From the NCBI GenBank assembly GCA_000989515.1, contig LBOM01000002.1:5453-69452 (forward strand): 64,000 nucleotides of DNA, written 5' to 3'. The translations under genes were made by a program, and so were the position numbers. Numbering within the stretch: the stretch's first letter is position 1; every line of letters begins with the position of its first letter. This DNA comes from Candidatus Nomurabacteria bacterium GW2011_GWE1_32_28. Its GTDB lineage: Bacteria > Patescibacteriota > Minisyncoccia > Phycocordibacterales > UBA9973. The notes under the pieces were generated by a model. The model was given only the letters and a program-made list of their open reading frames with translations, did no database searches and was not told where the DNA came from. This document shows positions 9,198 through 19,015 of this stretch, piece by piece.

Positions 9198-11618
9198 ATG
9201 GTAAAAGAAGAAAATAATGTTTTTATAAAGTGGTTTAGTGAAGTAGGTATTGAAGATGTTCAATTTGTTGGTGGTAAAAATGCGGCATTGGGAGAAATGT
9301 ATTCTAATCTTGTACCACTTGGTGTTAATATACCAGATGGTTTTGCTTTAACAGCAGATGCTTATCGTTATTTCTTTAAAAAAACTGGATTAGATGAAAA
9401 GATAAAAGAGATTCTTTCCGATTTAAATACTCGTGATCTTAAAAATCTTCAAATTCGTGCTAAAAAAGTTCGTGAGGCTATATTGAAAGCTAAATTACCT
9501 CAAGATCTTCAAGATGCAGTTACAAAAGCTTATACAGAGTTAGGAAAGAAATATGGAAAGAATAGTGATGTGGCAGTTCGTTCTTCTGCCACAGCCGAAG
9601 ACCTTCCAGGTGCTTCATTTGCAGGGCAACAGGAGACTTATTTGAATATACATGGAATAGAAAACATACTTGTAGCAACAAAGAAATGTATTGCTTCTTT
9701 GTTTACAGATAGAGCTGTTTCTTATAGAGCAGATAAAGGATTTTCTCATTTTGATGCAGCATTATCTGTGGGTATCCAACGCATGGTGCGTTCTGATCTT
9801 TCTTCTTCAGGTGTTGCATTTACAATAGATACAGAAACAGGTTTTGATAAAGTTATTTTAATAAATGGTATTTATGGACTTGGAGAATTTATAGTGCAAG
9901 GTAAGGTTATACCAGATGAATTTATTGTTTTTAAACCAACATTGGAAAATGGAAGCAAGAATCCAATAATTGGAAAAAATATTGGTAAGAAAAATATTAA
10001 ACTTGTTTATGCGAAAGATGGAACAAAAGAAGCAAAAGTCTTACCAGGAGATCAACAAAAGTTTTGTATCACAAATGAAGAAGCAGTGAAGCTTGCAAAA
10101 TGGTGTTTACAAATAGAAAAATATTTTTCTAAAAAACACAATCGTTATCAACCTATGGATATAGAATGGGCAAAAGATGGAAAGACTGGTGAGCTTTTTA
10201 TTGTGCAAGCACGTCCTGAGACTGTTGTATCTGGACAAGATAAAAATGTATTAAAAGAATATCAATTACAAAAAACATCTAAAATTTTAGTAGAAGGTAT
10301 AGCTGTCGGTTCTAAGATTGGAAGTGGAAAAGTTCGTGTCCTTTCTAGTGCAAAGAATATCTCATCATTTAAGAAAGGAGAAGTATTAGTCACAGAGATT
10401 ACTGATCCAGATTGGGAGCCAATAATGAAAATAGCGAGTGCTATTATTACAGATAAAGGTGGACGTACATCTCATGCTGCTATAGTTTCTCGTGAACTTG
10501 GCATTCCTTGTATCGTAGGATCAAATAATGCCACTAAGGTCTTAAAAAACGGTCAGGAGGTCACTGTGGACTCTTCAGGAGGGCAAGTAGGCAATGTGTA
10601 TACTGGTATTTTGCCATTTAAGATAGTAGAACATCGTTTGGATAAATTGCCTAAAATAGATACAAAAATAATGGTAAATATAGGTTCTCCAGATGAAGCA
10701 TTTAAAAGTTCTCACCTTCCAGCACAAGGAGTAGGTTTGGGAAGATTAGAATTTATTATTGCTTCTCATATTCGTATTCATCCAAATGTTTTGATTAATT
10801 ATAAGAAATTAAAAACAGAAAAGAAAACTCCAGCTATATTAAAACTCTTAAAAGAGATTGATAATTTGACACCTCTTTATAAAGATAAAACTCAGTTTTA
10901 TGTAGATGAGCTTGCTCTCGGAATAGCAAAGATTGGAGCTACATTTTATCCAGAAAAAGTTATTATTCGTCTCTCTGATTTCAAAACAAATGAATATCGC
11001 ACACTTATCGGTGGTGACATGTATGAGCCACATGAAGAAAATCCAATGCTTGGATGGCGTGGAGCTTCTCGTTACTATGATCCAAAATTTAAAGATGCTT
11101 TTGGTCTTGAATGTAAAGCTATGAAAATGGTACGTGACGATATGGGTCTTACGAATGTTATTCCGATGATTCCATTTTGTAGAACTCCTGAAGAAGGTAA
11201 AAAGGTTGTAGACGTAATGAAAGAATATGGTTTAGACCGTACAAAAGATAAGAATTTAAAAGTTTATGTTATGTGTGAGATACCTTCAAATATTCTTTTA
11301 GCAGACGAATTTCTTGAGATTTTTGATGGTATGTCTATCGGTTCAAATGATTTGACACAACTTACTTTGGGGCTTGATAGAGATTCTGGGATAGTTACTC
11401 ATATTTCAAATGAAAATAATCCTGCAGTCAAAAAACTTGTGGCAGATATTATTCATAAATGTAAAGAAAAAGGGAAGTATATTGGTATTTGTGGACAAGC
11501 ACCATCTGACTATCCAGAATTTGCTAAGTTTTTAGTAGAAGAAGGTATAGAGAGTATGTCTCTCAATCCTGATACTGTGATAAAGATTATTATGGCATTA
11601 GGTGAAAAAAAGGTATAA
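9198..11618 (+). CDS. ppsA: Phosphoenolpyruvate synthase (pyruvate, water dikinase)
   Basis: VGGKNAALGEM, VAVRSSATAEDLPGASFAGQQET, GGRTSHAAIVSRELG, ENPMLGWRG. Confidence 0.97.
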   Translation: MVKEENNVFIKWFSEVGIEDVQFVGGKNAALGEMYSNLVPLGVNIPDGFALTADAYRYFFKKTGLDEKIKEILSDLNTRDLKNLQIRAKKVREAILKAKLPQDLQDAVTKAYTELGKKYGKNSDVAVRSSATAEDLPGASFAGQQETYLNIHGIENILVATKKCIASLFTDRAVSYRADKGFSHFDAALSVGIQRMVRSDLSSSGVAFTIDTETGFDKVILINGIYGLGEFIVQGKVIPDEFIVFKPTLENGSKNPIIGKNIGKKNIKLVYAKDGTKEAKVLPGDQQKFCITNEEAVKLAKWCLQIEKYFSKKHNRYQPMDIEWAKDGKTGELFIVQARPETVVSGQDKNVLKEYQLQKTSKILVEGIAVGSKIGSGKVRVLSSAKNISSFKKGEVLVTEITDPDWEPIMKIASAIITDKGGRTSHAAIVSRELGIPCIVGSNNATKVLKNGQEVTVDSSGGQVGNVYTGILPFKIVEHRLDKLPKIDTKIMVNIGSPDEAFKSSHLPAQGVGLGRLEFIIASHIRIHPNVLINYKKLKTEKKTPAILKLLKEIDNLTPLYKDKTQFYVDELALGIAKIGATFYPEKVIIRLSDFKTNEYRTLIGGDMYEPHEENPMLGWRGASRYYDPKFKDAFGLECKAMKMVRDDMGLTNVIPMIPFCRTPEEGKKVVDVMKEYGLDRTKDKNLKVYVMCEIPSNILLADEFLEIFDGMSIGSNDLTQLTLGLDRDSGIVTHISNENNPAVKKLVADIIHKCKEKGKYIGICGQAPSDYPEFAKFLVEEGIESMSLNPDTVIKIIMALGEKKV

Positions 11619-11630
11619 TTAAAGATAAAT

Positions 11631-11846
11631 ATGGATGCACTTATAATATCACAAACAATATTTTATGCAGTATCATCAGTAGTCATAATTGTTATTGGTG
11701 TGCTACTTATGATAGTTGTATATTATATGATAGGTATTTTGAAAAATACTCGTAGTGTCTCTGATGATATTTTTCAGACCTATGCAAAGACAAAAATAAG
11801 TATTAAAAAAATTATTAATTCGTTTAATAAAAAAAACAAAAAATAA
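11631..11846 (+). CDS. Small single-TM hypothetical protein
   Basis: 71 aa, hydrophobic N-half, basic tail; TATAAT just upstream; 5 nt before the YtxH-like gene. Confidence 0.65.
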   Translation: MDALIISQTIFYAVSSVVIIVIGVLLMIVVYYMIGILKNTRSVSDDIFQTYAKTKISIKKIINSFNKKNKK

Positions 11847-11851
11847 AATTT

Positions 11852-12184
11852 ATGGCAACAAAAACAAAAAAAGAAGATAAAAGCAGTAAATTTTTAAGTG
11901 GTGCATTGATAGGAGCAGCACTTGGGGTAGCTGCAGGCATATTTGCAAATTCTAAAACTGGCAAAGAGATTAAAGAAGAAGTAAATAATAAAATGGTGGA
12001 ATTTTATAAAACTATTGCTCCAAAGTTAAAAAATGCAAAAGAAATGGGAGAAAAAGAATATAAAGAATTTATAAATAAAGCTATCGTAGATTATAATAAA
12101 AAAGGTAAATTTGATAAAGAAGATTTAAAAAAGTTAACCAAAGAAGCTCATAAATCTTGGAAACATCTCAAAAAGCATTTGTAA
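11852..12184 (+). CDS. YtxH-like protein
   Basis: FLSGALIGAALGVAAGIFANSKTGKEIK motif. Confidence 0.75.
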   Translation: MATKTKKEDKSSKFLSGALIGAALGVAAGIFANSKTGKEIKEEVNNKMVEFYKTIAPKLKNAKEMGEKEYKEFINKAIVDYNKKGKFDKEDLKKLTKEAHKSWKHLKKHL

Positions 12185-12186
12185 AA

Positions 12187-12233
12187 AAATACACAAAAAA
12201 ACGGAAATAATACTTCCGTTTTTTTGTGTATTT
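12187..12233. terminator. Bidirectional intrinsic terminator
   Basis: 20-bp inverted repeat AAATACACAAAAAAACGGAA / TTCCGTTTTTTTGTGTATTT between the convergent ytxH-like gene and tRNA-Gly. Confidence 0.8.
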
Positions 12234-12261
12234 AGATTGAATTTATTCTTTTATATAAATG

Positions 12262-12332
12262 TGCGGGATGGGGTAATCGAAACCCCGTCTAATCCTTGGG
12301 AAGGACTCATTCTACCACTAAACTAATCCCGC
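12262..12332 (-). tRNA. tRNA-Gly(CCC)
   Basis: Cloverleaf GCGGGAT...ATCCCGCA; anticodon loop TTCCCAA; CCA not encoded. Confidence 0.95.
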
Positions 12333-12509
12333 ATATATAAAATATATCTTTATTTTATCTTTGGAGCAAGTATGTTATGGTGGAGGAATTGAATATAATG
12401 ACAGTTTTGTTTGGAATATTGAGTAATTTATAATATGCTATAATATTGATATTAAAAGTAATCCCTGTTTAATGGGGACCCTGATTGTATTTTCGGGATC
12501 AAAAAATAT

Positions 12510-12746
12510 ATGAAAAATGTAGTTATTTATTCAACACCGTCTTGTCATTTTTGTAATTTAGCAAAAGATTTTTTTACTGCAAATAATATTGTTTATACAG
12601 AATATGATGTTGCTACTGATGTCGAAAAAAGAAAAGAAATGATAGAAAAAAGTGGACAAATGGGTGTACCGGTTATAATCATAGAAAATGAGATTACTGT
12701 TGGCTTTGATAAGCCAAAATTGGCAAAAATGTTAGGATTTATTTAG
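12510..12746 (+). CDS. Glutaredoxin-like protein (NrdH/YruB family)
   Basis: YSTPSCHFC active site, GQMGVPVI. Confidence 0.9.
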   Translation: MKNVVIYSTPSCHFCNLAKDFFTANNIVYTEYDVATDVEKRKEMIEKSGQMGVPVIIIENEITVGFDKPKLAKMLGFI

Positions 12747-12758
12747 TTTTTCATTTTA

Positions 12759-13700
12759 ATGAAAAAAATATTTAAAATAATTTTTTCTTTAGCTGTGGTA
12801 TGTATTATATTTTTTTTCTTTCATTCTCAAATTGAACAAGTTTTTTTTAGTTTAGAAAACAAATATCTACCATGTAGTAGACCCATTACCTATTCAATAG
12901 GTTCTTTTGATGATAGATTCGGTATATCAAAAGATGAATTTATAAAGGTTGTAAATACTGGAGAAATGGTGTGGGAAAAAGCTATTAATAAGGATCTTTT
13001 TATTTACAAGTCTGATGGTAGTGGTGTTTTAAAAATAAATTTAATTTATGATATTCGTCAAGAAGCTACTGAAAAATTAAAAGAAATAGGTATTACAGTC
13101 AATGATACTAAGGCGTCTTATGATGAATTAAAATTAAAATATAATATAATGCAGACTGATTATTTTAATAGTAAAAAAAGTTTTGAATTACAAATTAATT
13201 TATTACAAAATCGTCAAAACGCTTATGAAAAAGAAGTTAGTTACTTGAATGAAAATGGTGGTGCATCGAAAAAAGAATTTGATCGTTTGAATACAGAAAA
13301 GAGGGCTCTCGAAGTAGAATTTATAGAAATAAATAAATTACAGACTCAACTTAATTTTGATGTAGATAATATTAATTCACTTGCTATTGTTTTAAATCGT
13401 CTTATTTTATCTCTAAATATAGAAGTAAATAAATTTAATACAATTGGAGATCAGCTTGGAGGAGAGTTTGAAGAGGGTACTTATAAAGAAGATGCTATTA
13501 GTAGGGAAATAGATATTTATCAATTTGATAATATTGGTAAATTAGCAAGAGTTTTAACCCATGAATTTGGGCACGCATTAGGGCTTGGTCATTTAGAAAG
13601 TCCAGAATCTGTAATGTATCGTCTTAATAATGGTGTTAATGAAAAGTTAACGATAGAAGATATTTTAGCTCTAAAAAAGCGTTGTGAATTGGCTTTATAA
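12759..13700 (+). CDS. Matrixin-like (metzincin) zinc metalloprotease with a coiled-coil insert
   Basis: HEFGHALGLGH followed by the SVM Met-turn; N-terminal TM/signal. Confidence 0.85.
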   Translation: MKKIFKIIFSLAVVCIIFFFFHSQIEQVFFSLENKYLPCSRPITYSIGSFDDRFGISKDEFIKVVNTGEMVWEKAINKDLFIYKSDGSGVLKINLIYDIRQEATEKLKEIGITVNDTKASYDELKLKYNIMQTDYFNSKKSFELQINLLQNRQNAYEKEVSYLNENGGASKKEFDRLNTEKRALEVEFIEINKLQTQLNFDVDNINSLAIVLNRLILSLNIEVNKFNTIGDQLGGEFEEGTYKEDAISREIDIYQFDNIGKLARVLTHEFGHALGLGHLESPESVMYRLNNGVNEKLTIEDILALKKRCELAL

Positions 13701-13794
13701 TTTTAACAAAAAAAGAGTAAATATCAAAAATTTTCTGGCGTATAACATAGCCAAGATGTTCGCAGGCCAAAACTTTTATATCTACTCTTTTTTG

Positions 13795-13866
13795 TGCCCT
13801 CACTCCGAATCGAACGGGGATCTATTCCTTAGGACGGAACTGTTCTATCCATTGAACTATGAGGGC
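13795..13866 (-). tRNA. tRNA-Arg(CCT)
   Basis: GCCCTCA...TGAGGGCA cloverleaf; anticodon loop GTCCTAA. Confidence 0.95.
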
Positions 13867-13955
13867 ATTTAAAGATTTGAAACTCTTTTAATTTAACACA
13901 AAAAATCAAAATTTGGAAATTGGCTTTTTAAAATAGTTATGATAAAATACGACTT

Positions 13956-14240
13956 ATGGATCCTGAATCTAAACAATTACTTAAAAATACATTAGAGCTT
14001 GCTGAAGAAAATAATAAATTACTTCATAAGATTAGAGGTGTACAAAACAGAGAATTTGTTTGGAAAATATTAAAAATGGTTCTAATCGTAGGTATTACCC
14101 TTGGTTCATTTTATTTTTTAGAGCCATATTTAAACAAGATGATGGATTTATATAGTTCAGTTTCTGGCATACAACAAAATATAAAAGATGTTTCAGACAC
14201 CAATTCATCTTCTTTAAAAGATTTATTAAAAAAGTTTTAA
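13956..14240 (+). CDS. Hypothetical single-TM protein
   Basis: 94 aa with central TM; TG-TAAAAT 7 nt before ATG. Confidence 0.7.
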   Translation: MDPESKQLLKNTLELAEENNKLLHKIRGVQNREFVWKILKMVLIVGITLGSFYFLEPYLNKMMDLYSSVSGIQQNIKDVSDTNSSSLKDLLKKF

Positions 14241-14245
14241 AGTAT

Positions 14246-14318
14246 GCCGAGGTAGCTCAGTTGGTAGAGCGCTCCCCTGAAGAGGGAGATGTCACCAGTT
14301 CAACTCTGGTCCTCGGCA
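14246..14318 (+). tRNA. tRNA-Phe(GAA)
   Basis: GCCGAGG...CCTCGGCA; anticodon loop CTGAAGA. Confidence 0.95.
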
Positions 14319-14320
14319 CA

Positions 14321-14366
14321 ATAAAATTAAAAAACCTACAAAATTTTGTAGGTTTTTTAATTTTAT
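14321..14366. terminator. Bidirectional terminator
   Basis: Long palindrome ATAAAATTAAAAAACCTACAAAATTTTGTAGGTTTTTTAATTTTAT between tRNA-Phe and the convergent hsp20 gene. Confidence 0.8.
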
Positions 14367-14828
14367 TTAGATTGATTTAACTTTTATGCTATTTCTTTTT
14401 TCCTTATCTACTTTTTGTATTTTTATAGTCAATAATCCATGTTTTTCTGTGGCCTCTACTTCTTCTGGTTCTACTTCTTGAGGTAATAGTATTGTTCGAG
14501 AGAATTTTCCCCAATAAAGTTCTTTTATGAAGTAGTTTTCTTCATCTATATTTTCATTTTCTTCTCTCTTACCTTTTATTGTAATAGTATCTCTAGCAAT
14601 AGTTAGTTCTAGATCTTCAGGTTTAACACCAGCTACCATTGTTTTAACTAAAATATCTGTAGGTGTTTGATATACATCTACAGTCAGTTCCATTTCTTCA
14701 TTTTCTTCTTCTATCCAACCATTACTTTTTTTGTCTTCGTTGGTTATTATTTTTTTTTCTTCAAATTCTTCTGTAGAATTTGTACCACCTGTTAATCTAT
14801 CAAAAAAACTTCTTTTTTTATTTTCCAT
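14367..14828 (-). CDS. Hsp20/alpha-crystallin small heat-shock protein
   Basis: VDVYQT, GVKPEDL, ELYWGKFSRTILLP, ATEKHGLLTIKI. Confidence 0.92.
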   Translation of the reverse strand: MENKKRSFFDRLTGGTNSTEEFEEKKIITNEDKKSNGWIEEENEEMELTVDVYQTPTDILVKTMVAGVKPEDLELTIARDTITIKGKREENENIDEENYFIKELYWGKFSRTILLPQEVEPEEVEATEKHGLLTIKIQKVDKEKRNSIKVKSI

Positions 14829-14856
14829 ATATTTTTTATTTAATAAGTGTTGTTAA

Positions 14857-15543
14857 TTATTCACTCATTCTTCTTAATTTTTCAAAAAGTAACATAATAA
14901 TAATTGTAACGACCCAAAGAAAACCTAAAATCTTAAAAGAATTATTTCCATTACTATCTATTATAAAAAAATTAAAAGAACTATGCAAGGTTATAGCAAA
15001 AATTAAACCCCAAAAAAGATATACTTTTTTTATAAATTTGACTTTTGAAAATGAAAGTCCAAGCGATATACCAATAATTCCAGAAGATACAGCATGGAGT
15101 AGTGTAGAACCTAAAAATCTAAGTTGTCCCGTAAGTAATCCGACAGTAGCATCATTTAGGGAGATTGGTTTAATTAAAAACATTGTATTTTCTAAAGCCG
15201 CAAATCCTAATGCAACAGTAATTAAAAAAATTGGCCAATCTATTGGTTCGTCTATACGATTTGTTTTATAAAGTATAATTACAACAGATAAATATTTAAT
15301 TAATTCTTCTGCACTTGCCCAACTGATAATTTGCCATTGATAAGAATCTATACTAGATTGAAGGAATTTTTGTACTGGTATTATAAAGAGAACAGAGATC
15401 ATACCTATAAAAAACAAAGATGCAATAAGACCTTTTGGTTCAGGTTTTTGATTGTCTTCTTTGAGCCAGAACCATAACCAGAATAGAGCAGGAATAATAC
15501 CCCCTAAAAGTGCTAGACCTAAAATTTTTGGATCAGTTATCAT
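14857..15543 (-). CDS. prsW: PrsW-family intramembrane metalloprotease
   Basis: EELIKY, ALGFAALEN, LLHAVSSG, LHSSFN motifs. Confidence 0.9.
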   Translation of the reverse strand: MITDPKILGLALLGGIIPALFWLWFWLKEDNQKPEPKGLIASLFFIGMISVLFIIPVQKFLQSSIDSYQWQIISWASAEELIKYLSVVIILYKTNRIDEPIDWPIFLITVALGFAALENTMFLIKPISLNDATVGLLTGQLRFLGSTLLHAVSSGIIGISLGLSFSKVKFIKKVYLFWGLIFAITLHSSFNFFIIDSNGNNSFKILGFLWVVTIIIMLLFEKLRRMSE

Positions 15544-15552
15544 TTTTTCTTT

Positions 15553-17751
15553 TTAAAAAGAAGGCCATTTTGCTATTATGATTAAATCATCTTTATTGCT
15601 ATTTTTAATAATAGACCAAATCTCTTCAGTAACAAAAGGAATGAATGGATGAAGTAATTTGAGTAGGTTAATGAGCTCTATATATAAAAGTGCTTTTGCT
15701 GAATCAGGACTTTTGTTTTCTAAGATCTTTTTCTTTGATCTTTCAATAATAATATCAGCGAAAGTATGCCAAAAATAATGATAAAGCTTTTCAGCTACGA
15801 TTGAATATCTAAATTCGTTCATTTCTTTTGTGACTTCCTTTATTAGTAAATCAAGCTCTATCTTGCTTTTTTTATCTTCTTCATCTAATTCTGCTAGATT
15901 AGATAAATTGATATCTTTTGTTTGTTCAATAACAAATCGTGATGCGTTCCAGATTTTGTTAGTAAATTTTTTATAACCACGAATATCATCTTCATTTAGT
16001 TTTAAATCATTACCAGGAGTATTTCCTACTATCATTGCCATGCGAAGTGCATCATTACCATATTTTTCAATAATATCTAAAGGGTCGATAGCCTTATCTC
16101 CAAGCGATTTTGACATTTTTTTACCATCAGCAGTACGTATCATTCCATGTAAATATACATTTTTGAATGGTATTTCATTGAGTAAATATTGTGACATTAA
16201 TATCATTCGTGCAATCCAAAAAAAAAGTATATCGTGTCCTGTTTCAAGTACACTTGTAGGGTGATAATCTTCTAAATCTTTTGTTTTTCCTGGCCATCCA
16301 AGAGTTGAAAAGGTCCAAAGACCAGAAGAAAACCAAGTATCTAGTGTGTCTTCATCTTGTTTCCATTCAGTACCTTCTGGTGCTTCAATTCCACAATATA
16401 TTTCTTCTGAATTTTCATTCGTAATTCCTAATTCGTAATTGTTAATTGATTTTTTATACCAAACAGGTATTCTGTGACCATACCATATTTGGCGAGAGAT
16501 ACACCAATCATGTAAATTTTCAATCCAATTATAATAAACTTTTTCAAAATGATTTGGTAATATTTTTATTTTTTCATTTTGTACGGGTTCGAGCATTAAT
16601 TCTTTTAATGATTTATTATTTCGGGAGGATATTTTTTTATTTACATCAATAAACCATTGCAACATTATTTGCGGTTCTATTATTCCATTAGTTCGTTCAG
16701 CTGTAGCCACTCTATTTACATAATTTTCATCAATAGATACTAATAACCCTTTTGATTTTAATTTTTCAACTATTTTTTCTCTAGCATCACTTATTTTCAT
16801 TCCAGAAAATTCTTGAGCTATTGGAAGCAGCTTTCCATATTTATCTATTATTTGTTCTTTATCTAATTTATATTTTTCTGCTAAAGCAAAATCTTCGTGT
16901 GAATGCCAAGGTGTGATAGTCATTACACCAGTACCAAATTTCATATCGATTATCTCATCTTTAATTATTGTTGCTTCTATTGGACCATTTATCCATTCTA
17001 GCGTTATTTTCTGCATATGTTTCCAATCTTTGTATCTTTCGTCGTCTGGGTGCATTACTACATATTTGTCACCAAATTTTGTTTCAGGTCGCGCGGTTCC
17101 AATTTCAAATGGTCCATATTTAAAAGTATAAAATTTACCCTTTTTTTCTTCATAAATTATTTCATCATCAGAAATAACTGTTTGTCCTTTTGTATCCCAA
17201 TTTACTATACGAGACCCTCGATAAATAAGACCATCATCATACATTTTTTTGAATGCAGTTTTAACTGCGAGATTTCTTTTTTCATCCAAAGTAAATGCCT
17301 CTCGTGACCAATCAAGAGATGCCCCCATTTTTTTTGCTTGGTTTATGATAGTATTATGAGAATTTTTTGCAAATTCTTCTACTTGTTTTAAAAATTCTTC
17401 ACGTCCTATATCATTTTTACGAACTCCTTTTTTTTCTAAAAGTTTTTCAACTTTTGATTGTGTTGCTATCGCAGCATGATCAGTTCCAGGAATCCATAAT
17501 GTTTTTAATCCTTTCATTCGAGCGTGACGAACCATTATATCTTCTATTACTAGCATTAGAGCATGGCCTGTATGTAAATTACCAGTCACATTGGGTGGTG
17601 GAAGAACTATTGAAAAAGTTTCTGCATCTGATTTTATTATTCCTTTTTCTATACAAATATCTGGATTAAAAAAACCACTCTCTTCCCAGAGTTTGTAGAT
17701 TTTGTCTTCTGTTTCTTTTGGATCGTAAGGTTTTAATAATCTTTCATCCAT
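15553..17751 (-). CDS. valS: Valine--tRNA ligase (compact; no C-terminal coiled coil)
   Basis: PPPNVTGNLHTGHA, GTDHAAIATQ, DWCISRQIWYGHRIP, KMSKS. Confidence 0.96.
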   Translation of the reverse strand: MDERLLKPYDPKETEDKIYKLWEESGFFNPDICIEKGIIKSDAETFSIVLPPPNVTGNLHTGHALMLVIEDIMVRHARMKGLKTLWIPGTDHAAIATQSKVEKLLEKKGVRKNDIGREEFLKQVEEFAKNSHNTIINQAKKMGASLDWSREAFTLDEKRNLAVKTAFKKMYDDGLIYRGSRIVNWDTKGQTVISDDEIIYEEKKGKFYTFKYGPFEIGTARPETKFGDKYVVMHPDDERYKDWKHMQKITLEWINGPIEATIIKDEIIDMKFGTGVMTITPWHSHEDFALAEKYKLDKEQIIDKYGKLLPIAQEFSGMKISDAREKIVEKLKSKGLLVSIDENYVNRVATAERTNGIIEPQIMLQWFIDVNKKISSRNNKSLKELMLEPVQNEKIKILPNHFEKVYYNWIENLHDWCISRQIWYGHRIPVWYKKSINNYELGITNENSEEIYCGIEAPEGTEWKQDEDTLDTWFSSGLWTFSTLGWPGKTKDLEDYHPTSVLETGHDILFFWIARMILMSQYLLNEIPFKNVYLHGMIRTADGKKMSKSLGDKAIDPLDIIEKYGNDALRMAMIVGNTPGNDLKLNEDDIRGYKKFTNKIWNASRFVIEQTKDINLSNLAELDEEDKKSKIELDLLIKEVTKEMNEFRYSIVAEKLYHYFWHTFADIIIERSKKKILENKSPDSAKALLYIELINLLKLLHPFIPFVTEEIWSIIKNSNKDDLIIIAKWPSF

Positions 17752-17784
17752 ATATTAGATAATATCATAAAATAAAAGGGTTTT

Positions 17785-19014
17785 CTACCTTAGTCTTAAA
17801 TTGCCTTTAGCTTTTATGCTTGAGATTTTTGGTACTTTCTTATTTTTTTTAATAAACTGTAGATACCCAGCTATTCCTATCATTATTGAGTTATCTCCAG
17901 TCAATTCTTTTTCTGGAAAAAGTACCTCAGTATCTTTACCCATAGCTTTTTTCATTTCTCTTTGTAAATGCTTATTTGAAGATACTCCGCCTGCGACTAT
18001 AATAGTTTTTATTTTATATTTCTCTTTAGCTTTTTTTGTTTTATAAATAAGAGTTTCTACAACAGCGTTTTCAAATTCTAAGGCTATGGCTTGTTTTATT
18101 TTTTCGTCTTTGAAAATATTTGGATTTTCTTTTTTAAGATCTCGTATTAAATAAAGTACAGCTGTTTTTAGTCCTGAAAAAGAAAAATCAAAATTTTTAC
18201 TGTAAATCATAGGGCGGGGGAGTTTGATTTTAGAAGCAAGAGAAAAAGAAAAACTAATCTTTTCGGGGTCGCTGTCTCCGCTTGCTAGCGGAGCGCTGCC
18301 TCTCGGACCGTCGTCCTGCGAGACACCCCGCAAAGATTGTTTTTCTTTTTTTCTTGCTTCTTCTGCCAACTTCGAAATTATTGGACCACCAGGATATGGA
18401 AGATCCATCATCCGCGCAACTTTGTCATAAGCTTCTCCTGCTGCATCATCCAATGTTTCTCCTATTATTTTATATTGCATCCATTTTTTTGAAAGTATGA
18501 GTTCTGTATGCCCACCAGAAACAAGAAGAGACAATATTGGAGTTTTTATATTCGGAATTATAAATTTCTCCTTACTTTTTCCAAAGGGAGATAATATATG
18601 TCCTTCCATATGATTTACGGGCATAATAGGAATAGACCATTTTTTTGCTAATTCTTTTGCAAAGACTATACCGGTCCAGAGAGACGGCTCTAATCCTGGA
18701 CCATATGTCACAGCTATTAAATCTACTGGTTTTTTTTTATTTATCTTTTTTCTTCTAATTTCTAATTTATAATTTGTAATTTTTTCTAAAACTTGTTCTA
18801 AGAGTAAAGGTAAATTTTTTATATGTTCTCTTTTTGCCATCATAGGAAATACACCACCAAATTCTCTGTGAATTTTTATTTGTGAATTTGTAGAATTAGC
18901 TAAAACTTCAAAAGAGGTTGGTATTGTTTTTTTACCTATGTAAGTATTTTTTTTTACTTCTAATATTGTTATAGCTGTATCATCACAAGATGTTTCTATA
19001 CTTAAAATTTTCAT
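17785..19014 (-). CDS. tsaD: tRNA t6A37 threonylcarbamoyltransferase TsaD, carrying in-frame insertions
   Basis: ILSIETSCDDT, GPGL, NHMEGH, LLVSGGHT, ETLDDAAGEAYDKVAR, GGVSSN, TGDNSIMI. Confidence 0.96.
   Translation of the reverse strand: MKILSIETSCDDTAITILEVKKNTYIGKKTIPTSFEVLANSTNSQIKIHREFGGVFPMMAKREHIKNLPLLLEQVLEKITNYKLEIRRKKINKKKPVDLIAVTYGPGLEPSLWTGIVFAKELAKKWSIPIMPVNHMEGHILSPFGKSKEKFIIPNIKTPILSLLVSGGHTELILSKKWMQYKIIGETLDDAAGEAYDKVARMMDLPYPGGPIISKLAEEARKKEKQSLRGVSQDDGPRGSAPLASGDSDPEKISFSFSLASKIKLPRPMIYSKNFDFSFSGLKTAVLYLIRDLKKENPNIFKDEKIKQAIALEFENAVVETLIYKTKKAKEKYKIKTIIVAGGVSSNKHLQREMKKAMGKDTEVLFPEKELTGDNSIMIGIAGYLQFIKKNKKVPKISSIKAKGNLRLR
18232..18361. repeat. ~130-bp structured palindromic element inserted in-frame in tsaD
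   Basis: ~37-bp imperfect terminal inverted repeats enclose GC-rich hairpins (CTCCGCT-TGCT-AGCGGAG; TCTCG...CGAGA); encodes ..QSLRGVSQDDGPRGSAPLASGDSDPEKISFSFSLAS.. Confidence 0.85.
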
Positions 19015-19015
19015 G

